Positions 62,097 through 64,000 of a stretch of DNA of 64,000 bases are shown here, one piece after another. Position numbers and translations under genes: made by a program. Position 1 is the stretch's first letter. Every line of letters begins with the position of its first letter. Source of the DNA: Squalus acanthias (Eukaryota); NCBI GenBank assembly GCA_030390025.1, contig CM059432.1, positions 139,936,001-140,000,000 on the forward strand, in the 5' to 3' direction. Under the pieces are notes generated by a model, which was not told where the DNA came from, ran no database searches, and worked only from the letters and a program-made list of their open reading frames with translations.

Positions 62097-62786
62097 ATCT
62101 CTTCTTCTTAGGCAGTCCCTTGGAACCGAGGATGACTTGCTTCCACATTAAAAATGAGTTCGCAGGTGACTGATGAGTCCAATGCGGGACCTACAATCTC
62201 TGTCACAGGTGGGGCAGACGGTGGTTGAAGGAGCGGGCGGGTGGGGTGCTTGGGTTGACGTGCGCTTCTTCCGCTGCTTGCGCTTGGCTTCTGCTTGCTC
62301 CCGGCGAAGAGACTCGAGGTGTTCGGTGCCTTCCCGGATGCTTCTCCTCCACTTTGTGCGGTCTTGGGCCAGGGATTCCCAGGTGTCGGTGGGGATGTTG
62401 CACTTTTTCAAGGAGCCTTTGAGGGTGTCCTTGAAGCGTTTCCTCTGCCCACCTGGGGCTCTCTTGCCGTGTCGGAGCTCCGAGTAGAGCGCTTGTTTTG
62501 GGAGTCTCGTATCGGGCATGCGGACGATGTGACCCGTCCATCAGAGCTGATCGAGCGTGGTCAAAGCTTCGATGCTGGGGATGTTGGCCTGAGCGAGAAC
62601 ACTGACGTTGGTGCGCCTATCCTGCCAATGGATTTGCAGGATCTTGCGGAGGCAGCGTTGGTGGTACCTCTCCAGTGCTTTGAGGTGCCTGCTGTACATG
62701 GTCCATGTCTCTGAGGCATACAGCAGGGCAGGTATCACTACTGCTCTGTAGACCATGAGCTTAGTGCCGGGTTTGAGGTCCTGGTC
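62097..62786 (-). mobile_element. RTE-clade LINE 3' fragment
   Basis: VYRAVVIPALLYASETWT, RLPKQALYSELRHGKRAPGGQRKRFKD and C-terminal CPTC...SHLRTH; (AAG)n tail. Confidence 0.92.
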
Positions 62787-63373
62787 AAGAAGAATAGGCT
62801 AGATTTTTGGGAAATGCGTCAGTCAGCTAGATGAACTCCAGTCATGACTACAGGCCACAAGTCTAATTTAAAGAGATTGTCATGCTGTAGCCAATGGTTT
62901 GCTTGCTGCATTGTTATTCTGGTTGCAGTGCCGAGGTTCAGTTTCCATCACTCTATCACACACACACAAAAAAATGGTAATTTCTTCTCGGAGAAAGTGG
63001 ATGCCTTGTTGAAATATTAATAACCCGTCTTCTGTTATTCATGGACATTTCCCTGCCATGAGGCACCTGTCTACACATACAGATTTGACATTATTAGTCT
63101 CTGTGGATGTTTAATGTTAACTGAGAAAGAGATGAATCTCTATGCAATATGGAATTTGAACATGTTTTTTTATTTTAGAATGATACGCTCATGGTTCCAC
63201 CCCGCCCCCACCCCCTTTTGTGCCTTTACATTCTGTTTTTATGTTGTCATCATTATAAACTGGTTAAATTTTGAAGAAAATAAATATAAATAATGTATTA
63301 GTAACTACCATTGGATCAAACAATGTACAAGTATTGCGGACAGGTATTGGTGATTCAACTTAATTACATACCT

Positions 63374-64000
63374 GGGGCTAGAAACTGGGTACCTTCGAGC
63401 CTCCCGTTCGTGCTCCTGGGGGCCGCTAACGGGCCGCAAACGACTATTCATCCAGGTGCGGCGCCGCTAACGACTCCCGCTAAATTTAGCGGGAGTTTAG
63501 CGCCGGCGGTAACCGGTAGCGCCCCACTCCGCTGTGCAGGCGATGGCGACACCATCACCGTGCGCAGCGCCCCGTTTTCGCCCCGCCTGCAAAATTGGCC
63601 CGCGCTCCCCTGAATCTGCGGCGGCGATGACAGCGACCGATTCAGGGGGCGGGAACGGAGCGGCAGGAGGATCGCAGGGCGCTACGTAAAGGGGAGGTGG
63701 CGGGCGGGAGTGGAAAAAAAATCGGCCGACTTACTTGTTTCTTTTTTGAATGCGGGGTCCGTGCCGCGATCTGGCAGCCCGGCACTCCTCTTGTGTGCCG
63801 GGCTGCTGGCACGGCACCCCGCTCCCCGGTGGTCCAGGTAGGGCCCCGCAGAGTTGTGGGTTTGTGCCCTCCCCTTTAACGAGGGGAAGAGCCCTTCCAT
63901 GTGGAAGCGCCATGTGGTCCAGTGCGTCGCGCTGCAGAACAATATTTGGGGTTAGCGCTCTAAGAAGGAAGTGGTGCGCTTGATTTAGCGCTCCACCTCC
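63374..64000. mobile_element. Harbinger-like MITE running off the window end
   Basis: Start GGGGCTAGAAACTGGGTACCTTCGAGCCTCCCGTT resembles the TIR at 13902. CpG-rich. Confidence 0.6.

Noticed and set aside
3848..62714. Numerous 60-200 aa ORFs antisense or out of frame to LINEs and SINEs
   Set aside because: They are shadow ORFs that recur wherever the same repeat recurs.
62085..62800. TSD for the RTE fragment (AAGAAGTGAAT vs AAGAAGAAT)
   Set aside because: The match is imperfect and low-complexity, so it cannot be called.

Overview
This is eukaryotic, repeat-dense DNA, most likely from a shark or other elasmobranch, judged from an HE1-type V-SINE, SacSINE1-type DeuSINEs and HER1/CR1 tails recognised from memory. 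I found no recognisable host protein-coding gene, rRNA, true tRNA gene or CRISPR array, and all long ORFs are transposon-derived or low-complexity. The window holds L2 LINEs, classical CR1 LINEs (one young copy with about 650 uninterrupted codons), an RTE fragment and two Penelope-like elements, each ending in a minimal hammerhead ribozyme. It also holds a 1356-bp solo LTR, a hAT MITE, many PIF/Harbinger MITEs, and decayed Harbinger transposase and Myb/SANT genes. The most unusual element is a roughly 3.2-kb CR1-group LINE family, present as 3 head-bearing copies and several 3' fragments. Its 5' end is a tRNA-like A/B-box head, it has no conventional ORF1, its APE-RT frame has no obvious AUG, and its sense strand is almost free of TTTT Pol III terminators. 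It is therefore a candidate Pol III-transcribed autonomous retrotransposon. Other leads are a 23-bp perfect-stem hairpin in non-repetitive-looking sequence, a cluster of perfect palindromes, and a speculative 3-exon 57-aa membrane micropeptide on the minus strand. Boundaries were read by eye and are approximate unless a target-site duplication (TSD) is quoted.
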